This document shows, piece by piece, positions 1 to 12,045 of a stretch of 64,000 nucleotides of DNA (its first letter is position 1; each line of letters starts with the position of its first letter). Below the pieces are notes generated by a model. That model worked only from the letters and a program-made list of their open reading frames with translations. It ran no database searches and had not been told where the DNA came from. The DNA comes from Octopus bimaculoides. Taxonomy: Eukaryota. The DNA lies in contig NC_068988.1 of NCBI RefSeq assembly GCF_001194135.2, forward strand, positions 3,681,245 to 3,745,244, read 5' to 3'. The position numbers were made by a program, and so were the translations under genes.

Positions 1-1358
1 TAAATTATGCATATATATGCAAGCACCAATATATAAAGATATATGCAATTATACATATTGGAAACATATGTGTCTGCTAACATCTATTTATGAATATATA
101 CTTTTTATATATATGAGTAAGTATACTTAAGTCCAACACACACACACAGGAGTTATATATTGTTTCTCCCCCACTTTTCTCATTTAATGTGATTTTCCTG
201 TGGTTATCCTCACCACACACACTCTTCTCACTCCAAATCTCTCAATAAAAATTTGACTAAGAGAACTTTACCTCCTGCCAGTATGTCCTTCCATTTAGAG
301 TAAAACTACAGCCTGTTTACAGCCATGAAACTGTTAAAAAATAACCGTTCTCTATTGTCTAGCAATATTATTCAAGTTAAATCTATATATAAAGGTTAGT
401 GACAAGGCAAAGAACTCCAACTGCTATGGGCTAATTCTCTCTTTCTTGTCGCTGTTATTTAAATCCAAAGTGAAATAAACAAATATATATATAAAACGAC
501 TAAATAACATAATTCTGTCTTTATTGATATGAAACGGGAGAATTTTACAAGCTCTCTTCTTGAATTGAATTGTTTTTTTTTTATTTTTTATTTTGTAATT
601 ATGTTTAGGCCTTTCTCTATTGTGATAACAAGTAATTTTCTATTTCTATAAATTCTAATATATACACTCACTTCAAAAAAATTTGTCACTCTGGGAGTTA
701 CAGTGGATTTCAATTTTTAGGTAGTGCGTAGAGTGTATACATAGATGTATATAGAGAGAGAGCCACTTGACAGTTTGGCCCACACACACACAGGTGCACC
801 ACCACCCATATATATATGTGTATAAATATATATATAAATACATACACACGTGTGTGAAACAGACAGATAGATAGATTGATAGACAGACAGACAGATCCAC
901 TATAATAGCATTTCTTTTCTATTATGGTAGGGTTGAATGGTTCCTCTGCCAAGAATTTAATGTTTTGCTGACATGCACAAATCTTGAAAGGTGAGACTGC
1001 TTGAAAGTTACATCAACATTATACAATACCCATATTATTATCATTATTACTACTATTTTATGTTTGACTTTTGCTTTGCATTTGTACAAGTTGGCTCCAA
1101 GTCTCACCCAGAGACCTCAAGAGACAACAAGTTCATGTTGGTGTTATGCCTAGGGTGCCATACATTTGGTTTTGTACATAGTGTTGTTCTAGAAAATGTT
1201 TAAGAAACCATAAGAAAATTATGAGTTTGTTTTAAAATTTGAGATTGCATAGAAAGTATTTTACGTAGGATATGGGCAGATCCCATGAATACTATCTTTT
1301 GAATTTCTGCCATTTTGGGGTTTCCTGGTATTTGAGTCAGGTAGCAATCAGCCCCTTT

Positions 1359-1426
1359 GCTATCATTCCTGTTGTAATTTAGTTACCTATAGTCCATAGA
1401 TAACTAAATTACAACAGGTGTATAGC
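1359..1426. other. Long hairpin (perfect 18-bp stem plus extensions), pre-miRNA-like
   Basis: CCTGTTGTAATTTAGTTA (1368-1385) is the exact reverse complement of TAACTAAATTACAACAGG (1401-1418). There is also an inner CTAT/ATAG pair, a 5-nt loop and an outer GCTAT/ATAGC pair. Confidence 0.6.
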
Positions 1427-1559
1427 CCATTTTTTGTATTATAGTGCATTGTTGTACCATTCAAAACTTTTTCTTTACATTATTATTATTGTTGTTGATG
1501 CTGTTGCTAGCTTGCAAAATTATTTGTACTGATATAGGGGATTACTGGAAATAAGCAAA

Positions 1560-2630
1560 TGCTTTTGTACACTATTATGTCAAATGCAGTTACTGTGAAT
1601 AATGATTAAAGGAAAATCACAAATGTTATAGCTAAAATTAACAAGGAAGTCAAACTCCTACACATAATTTTAGCAACCAAAGTAAAATTTGTGATAGAAT
1701 TTCTCTTGGTGATTAACTGACACAGAAATTTCGCTGACATTTCAAAAGTGTTGCATGAAGGATACCAGCATGTTGCAGAAAAATATCCTTGTTTCAAACA
1801 AATATTCCCTCAACTGCCTATTGAAGCCTTTAGATGGAATAAAAATGTAAGACAAATATTAACTACTACCTCTAACTCCAAGAAAACTACCACTGCAGGT
1901 TCTTAGTGCTGCACCTTGAAAAACAACCGCAAGAGAGATAAGTCCTGTTCATTGTGCAACAACATGAGTCAAGTCAATCCCATCATGAATCATAACAGGA
2001 ATTTTATGATTTATACAGAAGGTGGAATGTGTAAAAATTCCCATTTGGTGCACATGGCAGAATGCACAAAATACAACTTGATTTATGTTGGTTGTACAAC
2101 AGAACAATTAAACAAAAGATTCAATGGCCACAGATATGACGTCAGGCTCAATAATGGTAGTTTGACAGAACTTGCTGAACATTTTGCATCAAACAGCTGC
2201 AATTTTGAGGAACACTTGAAAGTGCACATTCTCAGAAAATATTCTGACTATTACACTTTCAGACCTCAAAATGCATGAGGACAAATATATTTGTGAACAA
2301 CTTAACATCAAACCCTGGAGGAATGAATAAAATGACAGGTGGATTTCATCACATTTACACAAACCTATTCGACAAAATATTCTTTCTCTTTTCTTTCTTC
2401 TCTTTTTTTTTTCTTTTTCCTTCCTTTTATCAGTTACAAAATTGAAAACTGATGATGTCATTCTATCAAAATAGGAACGCAAGATTTCCTTGTTTATATT
2501 TTTGTTTTTCTGCAGTTTTCATTTTACATTTTGAACCTGAAGAAGAGAGATGATCTGTCAAAATATCATTCAAGCCATTAAATAAACAATTTATTACAAA
2601 TCGCATCACACTCATCTATTATTGTTTATT
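1560..2630 (+). mobile_element. Penelope-like retroelement 3' fragment (RT-EN linker, GIY-YIG endonuclease, 3' UTR), decayed
   Basis: Linker reads FKQIFPQLPIEAFRWNKNVRQIL. ORF 1916-2278 has C..C, LVHMAEC..YNLIYVGCTTEQLNKRFNGHR..LAEHF, followed by HEDKYI and a GGMN motif, matching the PLE GIY-YIG domain. Stops and frameshifts are present. Confidence 0.85.
2531..2573 (+). ncRNA. Decayed minimal type I hammerhead ribozyme in the Penelope 3' end
   Basis: TTGAAC-CTGAAGA-A-GAGAGA-TGA-TCTGTC-AAA-ATAT-C-ATTCAA. Stems I and II each have one mismatch, G12 is changed to A, and stem III is the palindrome ATAT. Confidence 0.65.
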
Positions 2631-2705
2631 TACCTTCCTGAAGAGTTACATCAATCTTCATAAAATATTATCATTATCATCATCATCATCATTATTATTA
2701 TTACT

Positions 2706-2930
2706 AAGGCAGCAAACTGCTCAGAATCCTTACCATGCACAGGCAAAATGCTTAACAGCATTTCATTTGTCTTTACGGTCTGAGTTCAAATTCTGCCAAG
2801 GGGGACTTTGCCTTTCATCCTTTCGGAGGTCAATAAATTAAGTATCAGTTGAGTTCTGGGGTCAATGTAATCAACTTACCCCCTCACCAAAATTTCAGGC
2901 CTTGTGCCTATAGAAGAAAGGGTTATTATT
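2706..2930 (+). mobile_element. tRNA-derived SINE, family B
   Basis: AAGGC..GCAGAATC head, B-box-like GAGTTCAAATTC, body GACTTTGCCTTTCATCC..GTACCAG, (ATT)n tail. More than 15 copies in the window. Confidence 0.8.
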
Positions 2931-2937
2931 ATTATAA

Positions 2938-3385
2938 TTGCCTTTGCACAGCTTCTAACACTGGAGATGTACTACGGTGTCACCTGTTCACTACCATTGA
3001 ACTAAGGTAACACCTCTTATTTTTCGAGCACCTTCTGAAGTATTTGAGTGGTTCCAAGCAGTGCGGTTTTCTGTAAGTGCTCCACCCTTGTTGCAGCCCC
3101 TATTTGTTCACGTACTTCTCAAGATTTTTGCTAACTGTTCCCAGGGCTCTGACAATTATTGGTACTACTACTATCTTTTTCATCAACCACAACCGCTTAA
3201 CCTCCCAAGCTAACCTATCATATCTCTCGACTTTCTTCCTTATCGCATACCTTGGTGTCAGCTGGGCATGCTATATCTATGATCCAGCATTGTTTGTTTT
3301 CTTTCTCAATTAAGACTGTCTGGCTTCCTATTCTCTATCTCATGGTCGCACTGAATTATAAAACTCCATAGGATCTTTGCATTAT
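2938..3385 (-). mobile_element. R4/Dong-clade (RLE) non-LTR retrotransposon 3' fragment
   Basis: Minus-strand translation AKILW..IIQCDHEIENRKPD..LIEKENKQCWIIDIACPAD..VPIIV.ALGTV..LQKTALLGT is a PD-(D/E)xK restriction-like endonuclease C-terminus. Both ends abut (TAA)n. Confidence 0.85.
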
Positions 3386-3399
3386 TATTATTATTAAAG

Positions 3400-3865
3400 T
3401 GATAAGCTGGCAGAACCATCACCCCCCCCCCCNNNNNNNNNNNNNNNNNNNNNNNNNNNNNNNNNNNNNNNNNNNNNNNNNNNNNNNNNNNNNNNNNNNN
3501 NNNNNNNNNNNNNNNNNNNNNNNNNNNNNNNNNNNNNNCCACCTCCTAAAATTGAAACCATTATAGTATTATATTGTTGTTGAGCTCAAATTCCACTAAG
3601 GTCAACTTTGCCTTTCATCCTCTCATGGTCAATAAAATTCTTTAGCAGCTGAGCACTGCAGCTAAAGTAGTTGACCCCACCACCTCCTAAAATTGAAACC
3701 ATTATAGTATTATATTGTTGTTGAGCTCAAATTCCACTAAGGTCAACTTTACTTTTCACCTTTTCAAGATCTATGAAATAAGTCCCAGTCCACTGCTGGG
3801 TCGATGTTATTGACTTGCCCCTCCCCTCAAAAACTGCTATCCCTGTGCCAAAATTTGAAACTATT
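3400..3865 (+). mobile_element. Family B SINE fragments, tandemly duplicated, spanning an N-gap
   Basis: An identical ~70-bp block occurs at 3541 and 3682. The SINE-B body and tail are present. Gap at 3433-3538. Confidence 0.65.
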
Positions 3866-3893
3866 ATTATTATTGTCATTATTATCCTTGTCG

Positions 3894-4192
3894 GTGTGAA
3901 GGTGCATGGCTTCACAGTGATCGGGAGTTTTCAACTCATGATTGCAAGGTTGTGAGTTCGATTCCCAACAGTGCATTGTTTCCTTCAGCAAGACACTTTA
4001 TTTCATGTTGCACCAGTGAGCTCAGCTGACAAAAATGCATTTGAAAGGGCCAACCTCATCACATCTGTGTCATGCTGAATCTCCCTGAGAACTATGTTAA
4101 GGGTACTCCTGTCTGTGGAGAACTCAGCTACTTGCACATTCATTTCATGAGCAGGTCAACTGGAGCACTCATCGCCATAAGCAACAGAATGC
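3894..4192 (+). mobile_element. tRNA-derived SINE, family A
   Basis: GTGTGAAGG.GCATGGCTT head, GAGTTCGATTCC B-box, CTTCAGCAAGACACTTTATTTC central domain, CTGAATCTCCCTGAGAAC body. Matches copies at 21879, 40324 and 53795. Confidence 0.8.
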
Positions 4193-4204
4193 TACTTTAA
4201 GTTT

Positions 4205-4340
4205 TCGTAGTAAGCTGACAGAATCATTATAGCACCAGAAAAAAATGCTACTAGTATGTTTACCAGCTCTTCATGTTCTGAGTTCAAATCCTACGAAGGG
4301 CAGCTTTGCTTTTCATCCTCCCAGGGTTGATAAAGTACCA
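4205..4340 (+). mobile_element. Family B SINE, partial
   Basis: AAGCTGACAGAATC..TCTGAGTTCAAATCC..CTTTGCTTTTCATCC. Confidence 0.6.
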
Positions 4341-4614
4341 GATGAAGATATTAGCAGCATAAGTGAAGAAGAATTGGAAAGGTAATGGACCGACCATGTT
4401 AGGAACCGAATTCTTGTTCTATCATGGTTGTGCTTATTGTTGGTTCTATAAATTAAGATGTTGGCAGAAAATCTTGTCCCTCTTGTTTTCATCTATATTT
4501 TTGTAGTAATTAGAACAATAAATAATTATGTTTACAGGCAAAGAATTGGGCTCAGCTCAGTTTAATTTGCAATTGGTTGCTTATTGTGTTTTTCAAACTA
4601 AATAAAGATGTTAG

Positions 4615-4995
4615 GTACAGGAGCGACTGTGTAGTAAGTAGCTTGCTTACCAACCACATGGTTCCAGGTTCAGTCCCACTGCGTGGCACTATGGGTATGT
4701 GTCTTCTACTATAGCCTCGGGCCAACCAAAAACTTGTGAGTGGATTTAGTAGACGGAAACTGAAAGAAGCCTGTCGTATATATATGTATATGTTTGTGTG
4801 TCTGTGTTTGTCCCCCCCCCAACATCACTTGACAATCAATGCTGGTGTGTTTATGTCCCAGTAACTTAGTGGTTCAGCAAAAGAGACCAATAGAATAAGT
4901 ACTAGGCTTACAAAGAATGTCTTGGGGCCAATTTGTTTGATTAAAGGTGGTGCTCTAGCATGGCCGCAGTCAAATGACTGGAACGAATAAAAGAA
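4615..4995 (+). mobile_element. tRNA-derived SINE, family C (full length)
   Basis: GGTTCAGTCCC B-box-like head, GTGTCTTCTACTATAGCC, GTAGACGGAAACTGAAAGAAGCC, internal (TA/TG)n, and a GGTGCTCTAGCATGGCCGCAGTC..AAAAGA tail. Confidence 0.85.
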
Positions 4996-5597
4996 AAAAA
5001 ATGCATTATTGTATTTAGTATATAAATGGTTTTGATACATATAGACAGAGCAGGGATTATAAGTAATGTTGTAAGCAAACAATATTTTTGTTAAAGTGTG
5101 TAATTCGTTATAAGGTTGTCTGAAATGTAATAATCATTTCTGTTGTTGGGTTAAAAAGTCAATTTTGTTTTAAAAACACTGGTAAGTTATTTTTCAGACA
5201 CATGGGAAATATAGCAAAGCCTGAAATGTCTGGAGTTTTAAATTGACTATTTTGTAATCAGTTATAGCAATCACTGGTTGATTAACTATAATTACTAGAA
5301 AAAGAAAAATACGGCGGAATTCACGCTTTTTCAAAGAATACTGGAAAATATAATTAAAGTAAAATAGCTCTAGACTGAATTAAAATGTTGGGTTGCAGAG
5401 CTATTTCTACTCTGAAGTGTTTGTGAGTATATTAAGTTATTTAATTTGGAGCTTAATATTTAAGAAACACCAAAAAAGGAAAAGAAAATCATAGTACTAT
5501 GTGGTTTGTTTTTAATACCCAATATGTCAGACCTCTGTCATCTGTTCCTATACTCCATGCCGAACCTTTATCATTCTTTTAACCACACACACACACC

Positions 5598-5635
<38 letters not shown>

Positions 5636-6839
5636 ATATATATATTAAAACAGAAAGGGATTAATAAGGCAAAATACTTAAGCACTCTACAGATAAAATA
5701 ACTCAAAGCAAACAAAAATCTCTGGTAATCAGTCTTGTACTCCAGGTAATCCAGATCAAAGTCCTTCACCAGTCAAATCTGTAAATCCATGCTTCCAGTA
5801 TCCAGTTTATATGGTATGTTTTTACAGAGTGATACATAAAACAGACATATATAATGGGATCATATGCATTTATTTATTTATTATACACTTACAGCTGTTT
5901 CTGATTTGAATTTGAGTGCATTCATGGTTCAAACCACAGATCACAGTAAGTGAAAAAATCTTTGGTCACTGAAAGGTATTGAGGCCTTCCAAAGACTGTA
6001 ATAAATTCTTACTCTATAAGCCTCCGGTTTATCTGGACTGAATTCTCTCTAGCTTCAAGATAGTAGTACCAAGTACAGTTTATCCATTGTTTATGTAGGT
6101 GTGTATATGAATGTGTCTGCTGGTTTTGATAAGATGGTATTATAAATAATGAATTTTCATATTTGTTTGCTCGTTTCTTGCTAGTGTCAACACGCCACAA
6201 TACTAGATTGACCTCTTTATTTCAAGTGAGCTGAACAGTAGGTGCAGCCCCAGTTTTATACTAATAACCCTTGCAACAAATGACTTGCATCCTGAGATGG
6301 TTAAGCAGATAAGGAGAAACTCATTTAACATATCCAAGCTAAGTTACCAACCAACCAGAAGGTTCCTGTCAAACTACAACAAACTCTAACTGACCAACAT
6401 ATACTGACATATACAGAATCTATAAATAAGGTTGACTTGAGATTAACATTCACTGAGGACACGAGTAGCAAAGACTCAGTACAAATATCGCAAAGTGACA
6501 GTCTTATTCCTCAGACTCAGTTGCCAAGAACAGTACACAAGTATAACCTGTAAACTTGCTACAAACCTTGAGCCAGCTTCAAAATTTCTGATGATCTCTT
6601 ATAGTGACTCCCACCTATTCAACATTGACCGAACTGTATCACAAAACCCAGGGTCTCTTTAAAGAAAAGAAACACTTCCTTTCTAAGTAGATGGCAATCT
6701 TCAAGAAAGTTTAGGAAAGAGGTCTATTGAAGTACTGTGCACCATGTATGGGACAACTTTTCCAGCTAAATACCCTAATATTGTGGACTAATTTCAAAAG
6801 AAACTTATTAAATTTCGTTAATGAAACATTTATGACCAT

Positions 6840-7115
6840 ACTTTAACTTGTAGCTCATGGACGTGCCATTTCTTCTCTTTGTCACTTGTACCACTACTGC
6901 AATAGCCTCTGCACTATACAAACTGCCCTACTTGACCATCAGTCTTTCTTTCTCCCAACACCCCAGGCACCTTATCTTAAACACTTCTCCCAAACCTCTC
7001 CCTACACAACAAAGGCCATCTGGAATTCACTCACTTCCCAGATTTTTCTCACTGGCCCCCAACCTACAGATATTCCAGCTAAACATCAACTGTATCAATC
7101 TCACCTCTTTGGTAA
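6840..7115 (+). mobile_element. CR1/L2-group LINE ORF2 C-terminal fragment
   Basis: AHGRAISSLCHLYHYCNSLC..WNSL..NLQIFQLNIN resembles the conserved L.HRR.VSSL..FYRYY.G.CS..WNSLP..NLQ.FK tail of this group. Confidence 0.65.
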
Positions 7116-7838
7116 AACTTTCAAAGATTATGGACACTAAAAAGTTGAGTCAGTTCCTTTGCCATTTAACAATCGATGGATTATTAAGCTTATATTATTT
7201 GCCGGAACTATTTCTTCATTGTTCTCAGATTAAATTAAAAGCAATACATCATATCTCAACAATATTTTTAATGAAATTAGAAATGTTCCATTATCAAATT
7301 CAGATTAACAATGGACAAAATACAACTTCTTCCTTTCTAAAAGAGTTATTCACACAAACGCAAATCTGTAGCTTTAAATAGAAATCTCGTTAAGATATGG
7401 TTATCAAGTTTTATCTTATCACCAGAACCACAGTCTGAGATGTCAAATTCCAGTTCATCTATCATAAAGAATCCTAATGTCTTAGAATTCCTCACTGTAA
7501 ATAGTGTAATCATAATAATATTGGTAATTAATTCAATATCTGTTTGTGACTATGGCACTGGTTCTAGCATGCCATGGTAGTGGCATGATCTCTGTTCTAC
7601 AGACATGCAGACAGCTGAGATGTCTGTTTATATCTCCATTATTCCGTTATTTTTTGGTTCTCTGAAATCTTTTATGACAGAACAAAAATTGTTTAAAAAT
7701 AATAAATTTTATGTAAAGTTTATAATGAATTGTGTGGACCACGAGGAAATACACGGAAGCCAGCGGTTAATATATTAAGCAGGAAAAAACTGCCTAATAA
7801 AAAGTAATAATAGGTTATTGTTAATATTAGCAATGGAG

Positions 7839-8045
7839 AAGGCAACAAGCTGGTAGAATCATTAGAATGTCAGGCAAAATGCTAAGCAGCATTTCGTCCT
7901 TCTTTACATTTTGAGCTCAAATCCTGCTGAGGTCAACTTTGCCTTTCCAGGGTCAATAAAATAAGTATCAGTGCTAGGGTCAGTGTAATCAACATAAACC
8001 CTCACCTGAAATTACTGGCCTTCTGACAAAACTTGAAATCAGTAT
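7839..8045 (+). mobile_element. Family B SINE
   Basis: Full head, body and tail similarity to the other B copies. Confidence 0.75.
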
Positions 8046-9859
8046 TAGCAATGGAGTGCAGTGTATGTTTAAAATATATCTTCATTTATTGTATTGGTGG
8101 ACTTAGACATTATGGCAGTAGTTACACATCAACTAAATACCAAACAAGAACTGACTGTTGTCTCTGTTTAATAAACATCAAGCACGAGGGGAAAATCGAA
8201 AGCTTAGTTAGCTAACCAATATTATAAAGTTTGAGAGCCTGGCTAACAACATTTTTGCTCTTTTGATTTGAATATTTTGTCAGAGATTTGGAGGAGGAAT
8301 GCTTGCATATTCCATTTCTGGAAAAGATTATCTTACAAATAAAGTGTTGCACTTTAACTAAGTTTTTTTTATATGTTGTAAATAATGAATAAAATATTTC
8401 CATATTTTATCTGAATTTTGTTAGAAAATATACCAATCACTGAGAGAAAGTTAACGGTTGTCCTGATGTTCAATTAAACTCTCAGAATGCAATGATCGGA
8501 ATTTATGCCACAGCACTTTATACCGTTATATGGTTGCATTCTGAAGTAGAAAACATAATAATTTGATTTAGATACTACAGATATCAAATAAAGCAAATGA
8601 GAATTAAATAAAGATGAAGAAACAAATCAAACATAGAATTAGTTTTATATAATCCCAAGAAAAACAACATGAGCCAAACTAATAGAAAACCTTTCAATGA
8701 AGAAACAAGATAATTTGCAAAGATATTGATTAGTAACAGATTAGAATCATAACAATCTAACAACATCCAATATATGCTATAATGTTTCTTTAAAGAATCA
8801 GACATTTCTATCTGTTTTGCTCTTATTTTATATATTATTTATTTATTTCTAAATATATTATGCTTTTGTGTTGTTAGTTCAACACAAAGATCAATAACTG
8901 TTTCATGAATTTCAGGTGTTTGTGATCAAAAGATTTTCTTTCAACCACAGGTGTTCTTTAGAAAAATCACTGGAAGAACAGGAAATTTCTGTCAATGTTT
9001 AAAGAAATTTTTTCTCACAAAACACCAAATTCCATGCTTTTAAGTAGCAAATGGTAGAATGGAATAACTTCCCAAGTCACTTAATTCCAAATGAGAACAA
9101 TACAGCTTCAAGAACAAAAGTGTTCCGTGGAGTTCTTGACAAATTTAATAGTAATTCTATTAGTAGCTCCATAGATGTAATACTTGTCACAATAGCTAAC
9201 CCCCATCATCATCATCATCAACAACAACAATCAGTCAAGATCAGTATATAAATATGATTGGTTACATCAGATCACATTATGTTTGTGTTAGAATAAAGAG
9301 GAAGAGGGGGAGGATGAAGAGAAGGAGGAGGTGGAAGAGGAGAGTACTTAATACAAGATTTCATAGAATATATTTATTCATTTAATGAATGGTGAACTTT
9401 CACAATATCAGAACATCAAGTTCAAAGTTGCTATTTTATCAAATGACTCACTGATTACCAAACCAGGAATTCAGAGCAGCCATAGAGGAGATCTTCTAGT
9501 TCAATTAAACCATCACTTTCTACATATTTTTAATTATCACCTCACCCCTTTTCTTTTAAAATCCCTGTTTCAATGCTCCCTCGACAAAGTTAAGAACACC
9601 AGAATGGCATTGCTGCCAACATGTTCATTGCCATTAAAAGACTTCTTGTATATAAGTTATTTCATCAATGTAGCATGGAATGTCAAAGCAATGTTTTAAT
9701 CCCAACTGCAGCCCGATGATTAAAATTTTAGAATATTTTTGAAAATTGGGGCAACTTGCCACCCTCACCACCACCTTTGTCTCCTGTACCCATATAAAAT
9801 TTCCCACTGCCCCTAGGTGTGATATTGTCAATTTTGAGAAGTGCTGTAGTAAGTCATTA

Positions 9860-10030
9860 CATCATTATTATCGTCACCTTCATCATTTAACCTCCCTGTT
9901 CCTTTCTGGTATTAGTTGCATGGTTCAACAGGATCCCATGGGTCCAAGGACTGCATTATGTTTCAGTATCTGTTTTGCTGCTGGATGCTTTATTCTTGCT
10001 ACCAGCACTAGTGAACCCACTATTCAGTTA
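9860..10030 (-). mobile_element. Old RTE-tail-like repeat (family D variant)
   Basis: Reverse complement ends ..GGAGGTTAAATGATGAAGGTGACGATAATAATGATG, like the family D 3' end. Confidence 0.4.
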
Positions 10031-10169
10031 ACAAGACATTGAAACCCAAGCAAGAAACTTTATGCAAGGAAATGGGGGGGGGGTTAAAGATGGGTAAAAG
10101 TATGAGAAAAAGAGCCAGGGCAGAACGGGTTTTTTGATGCTTTTAATTACATTTAATCACATGACTTCT

Positions 10170-10610
10170 CACATTTTAGAAAAGGAGATGGGAGTAACTG
10201 AGTGTGGTTGGCAAGAGGTAAAAGTAAAGATATCAAAACGGACCTTCAAAGACATGAGATAGGTAGAAATTTGGGAAGGAGAGTAGGAGATGGCTGACAG
10301 CAGAATAGTAATGATAAAGGATAGACAGGAGAAGAACAAGAAAGGAATGATGTTGGGTAGGTTGCAAGAATGGGTGAGAAAGAGAGAGGCATGAGGAGAG
10401 ATGAGTGGTAGCTCAGTGGGGAGGGTAATCGGTGAAAGTATGGATGGATTGAAGAGTATCGATGGGAGAAGGATAGATAGCAAGTGGAATGATTCTGGGT
10501 AATAATGAAAGTAAATCGTTTCAAGGAAGAGATGCAGATAGGAAAGTGATGGATGGTGGAGAGTATCTTGTGAAGGAAGGAAATCTTGTGAGGTCCCACT
10601 GGTGCATACA
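10170..10610 (-). mobile_element. Highly decayed CR1/L2-group LINE C-terminal fragment
   Basis: One frame gives LQPTQHHSFLVLLLSILYHYY, similar to LQPL.HRR.V..L..FY.YY. Coding strand is pyrimidine-rich. Confidence 0.4.
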
Positions 10611-10631
10611 CTCATAGCTCTACCAGACAGA

Positions 10632-10862
10632 AATCAGCTGGCAGAAACGTTAGCACGCCAGGCGAAATGTATAGAGGTATTTCGTCTGTCTTTATGTTCT
10701 GAGTTCAAATTCTGCCAAGGTCGACTTTGCCTTTCATCCTTTCGGGGTCGATAAATTAAGTACCAGTTACGCACTAGGGTCGATGTAATCGACTTAATTC
10801 GTTTGTGTGTCTTTGTTTGTCCCCTCTGTGTTTAGCCCCTTGTGGGCAATGAAGAAATAGGA
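10632..10862 (+). mobile_element. Family B SINE (variant tail)
   Basis: Well-preserved B body. The tail GTTTGTCCCCTCTGTGTTTAGCCCCTTGTGGGCAAT is shared with the copy at 57825. Confidence 0.85.
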
Positions 10863-10879
10863 ACTCAGGTTTGTTAAGA

Positions 10880-11290
10880 TGGGATGGGCTACTTAAGAAC
10901 CACATATCATCAGTTATTCCAGTCTTTTGTCATCTCCTTTTTGAGGTTCAAGATCATGAGATCAGCTTTCACCACTTCATCTCATGTCTTCCTGGGTCTC
11001 TCTTTTCAGCAAGCTCCATTTATATAAAAAATTGGTACTTCTTTATACAGGTGCCCTCATCCATCCCAGCTGTCCTAGTGTAGTCTTTTTTCTTGCACAC
11101 TACTTCAGATTCCTCTTGTGCCTTGTTTTTCACTCAACACATTTGTGCTTCATTGTTCATGCATATCTACATTACACATCCAACAGAGCATGCTTGCTTC
11201 ATTTGTTTCCTGTTTTCTCAACTCTTCTGCATTCAACACCCAAATCTCATTCACTACCATGCAATATTACATTTCTAATGCAAGAGTCAT
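10880..11290 (-). mobile_element. RTE-clade LINE 3' ORF2 fragment
   Basis: Minus strand reads ILHGSE..NEASML.WMCNV..QEKRL..RDPGRHEMKW (GRPRKTW region). Paralogous to 30150-30480. Confidence 0.75.
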
Positions 11291-12013
11291 CTACGTACAT
11301 GCAATCCACGAAGCTAGGACATTTACCCCCACCATCATGGACAATAACCCCCCCCCCCCAGACAATTACCCTTTAAAACTTCTTAATATTATTAGAGAGG
11401 GGGTAATTGTCCTGATACGGCAATCCACAGTTATGGAATCCAGACTTGAATACTTTAATGAATATCAGCATTTTTTTATTATATTTCAAGAATTTACCGA
11501 ATATTACATCCTTTCAACATATCACTGCTGTATATGCAATATGCACGTACATGCACATGCATTATACGCTTAGATATAATTGCATGGCATTTGAGTAAGT
11601 ATTATGTTACTTAAGAACCTGATTAAAATAATTCCAGAATGAATTGATGATAGCTCTTTCCTTCTTTTCTTTCTCTCACTTTCTCTTTCTCACTTTCTTT
11701 CTCTCACTTTGGGTACTAGGCTTCATCCATCACTCAGTTTAATTCCATCATTGAGTTCTTCATTGCTTTTAGTAGAGTTTATTTTGTTATAAATATATGG
11801 ACTTGGTTTCAAGTCTGGGGAAAACTTCTTTCTTTCTTCCCATCAGACTAAGGAGCCTTGAAAAGAGTTGTACAAAGACTAAGCTATTAAGATGAAGATA
11901 CATACATAAGTATGCATGTGTGTATGTGTGGTGTGTATATACATGTACATACACATACATACATATATATATATGTAGAGAGGGGGGGCGGAAATAGATA
12001 GGTAGGTAGGTAG

Positions 12014-12045
<32 letters not shown>

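Noticed and set aside
3541-3750. Exact 70-bp tandem duplication (141-bp period)
   Set aside because: It is made of SINE-B pieces and sits next to an N-gap, so it is probably an assembly artefact or trivial local duplication, not a CRISPR-like array.
5548-5790. Protein-looking KDFDLDYLEYKTDYQ ORF on the minus strand
   Set aside because: All three frames hit stops right after the only nearby acceptor, there is no donor, and no family is recognised.
7551-7590. TATGGCACTGG resembling the 5' end of miR-183/263
   Set aside because: Similarity ends after about 11 nt and there is no precursor-length hairpin.
11361-11411. 11-bp inverted repeat GACAATTACCC/GGGTAATTGTC
   Set aside because: It is short with a 29-nt unpaired spacer; at most a MITE remnant.
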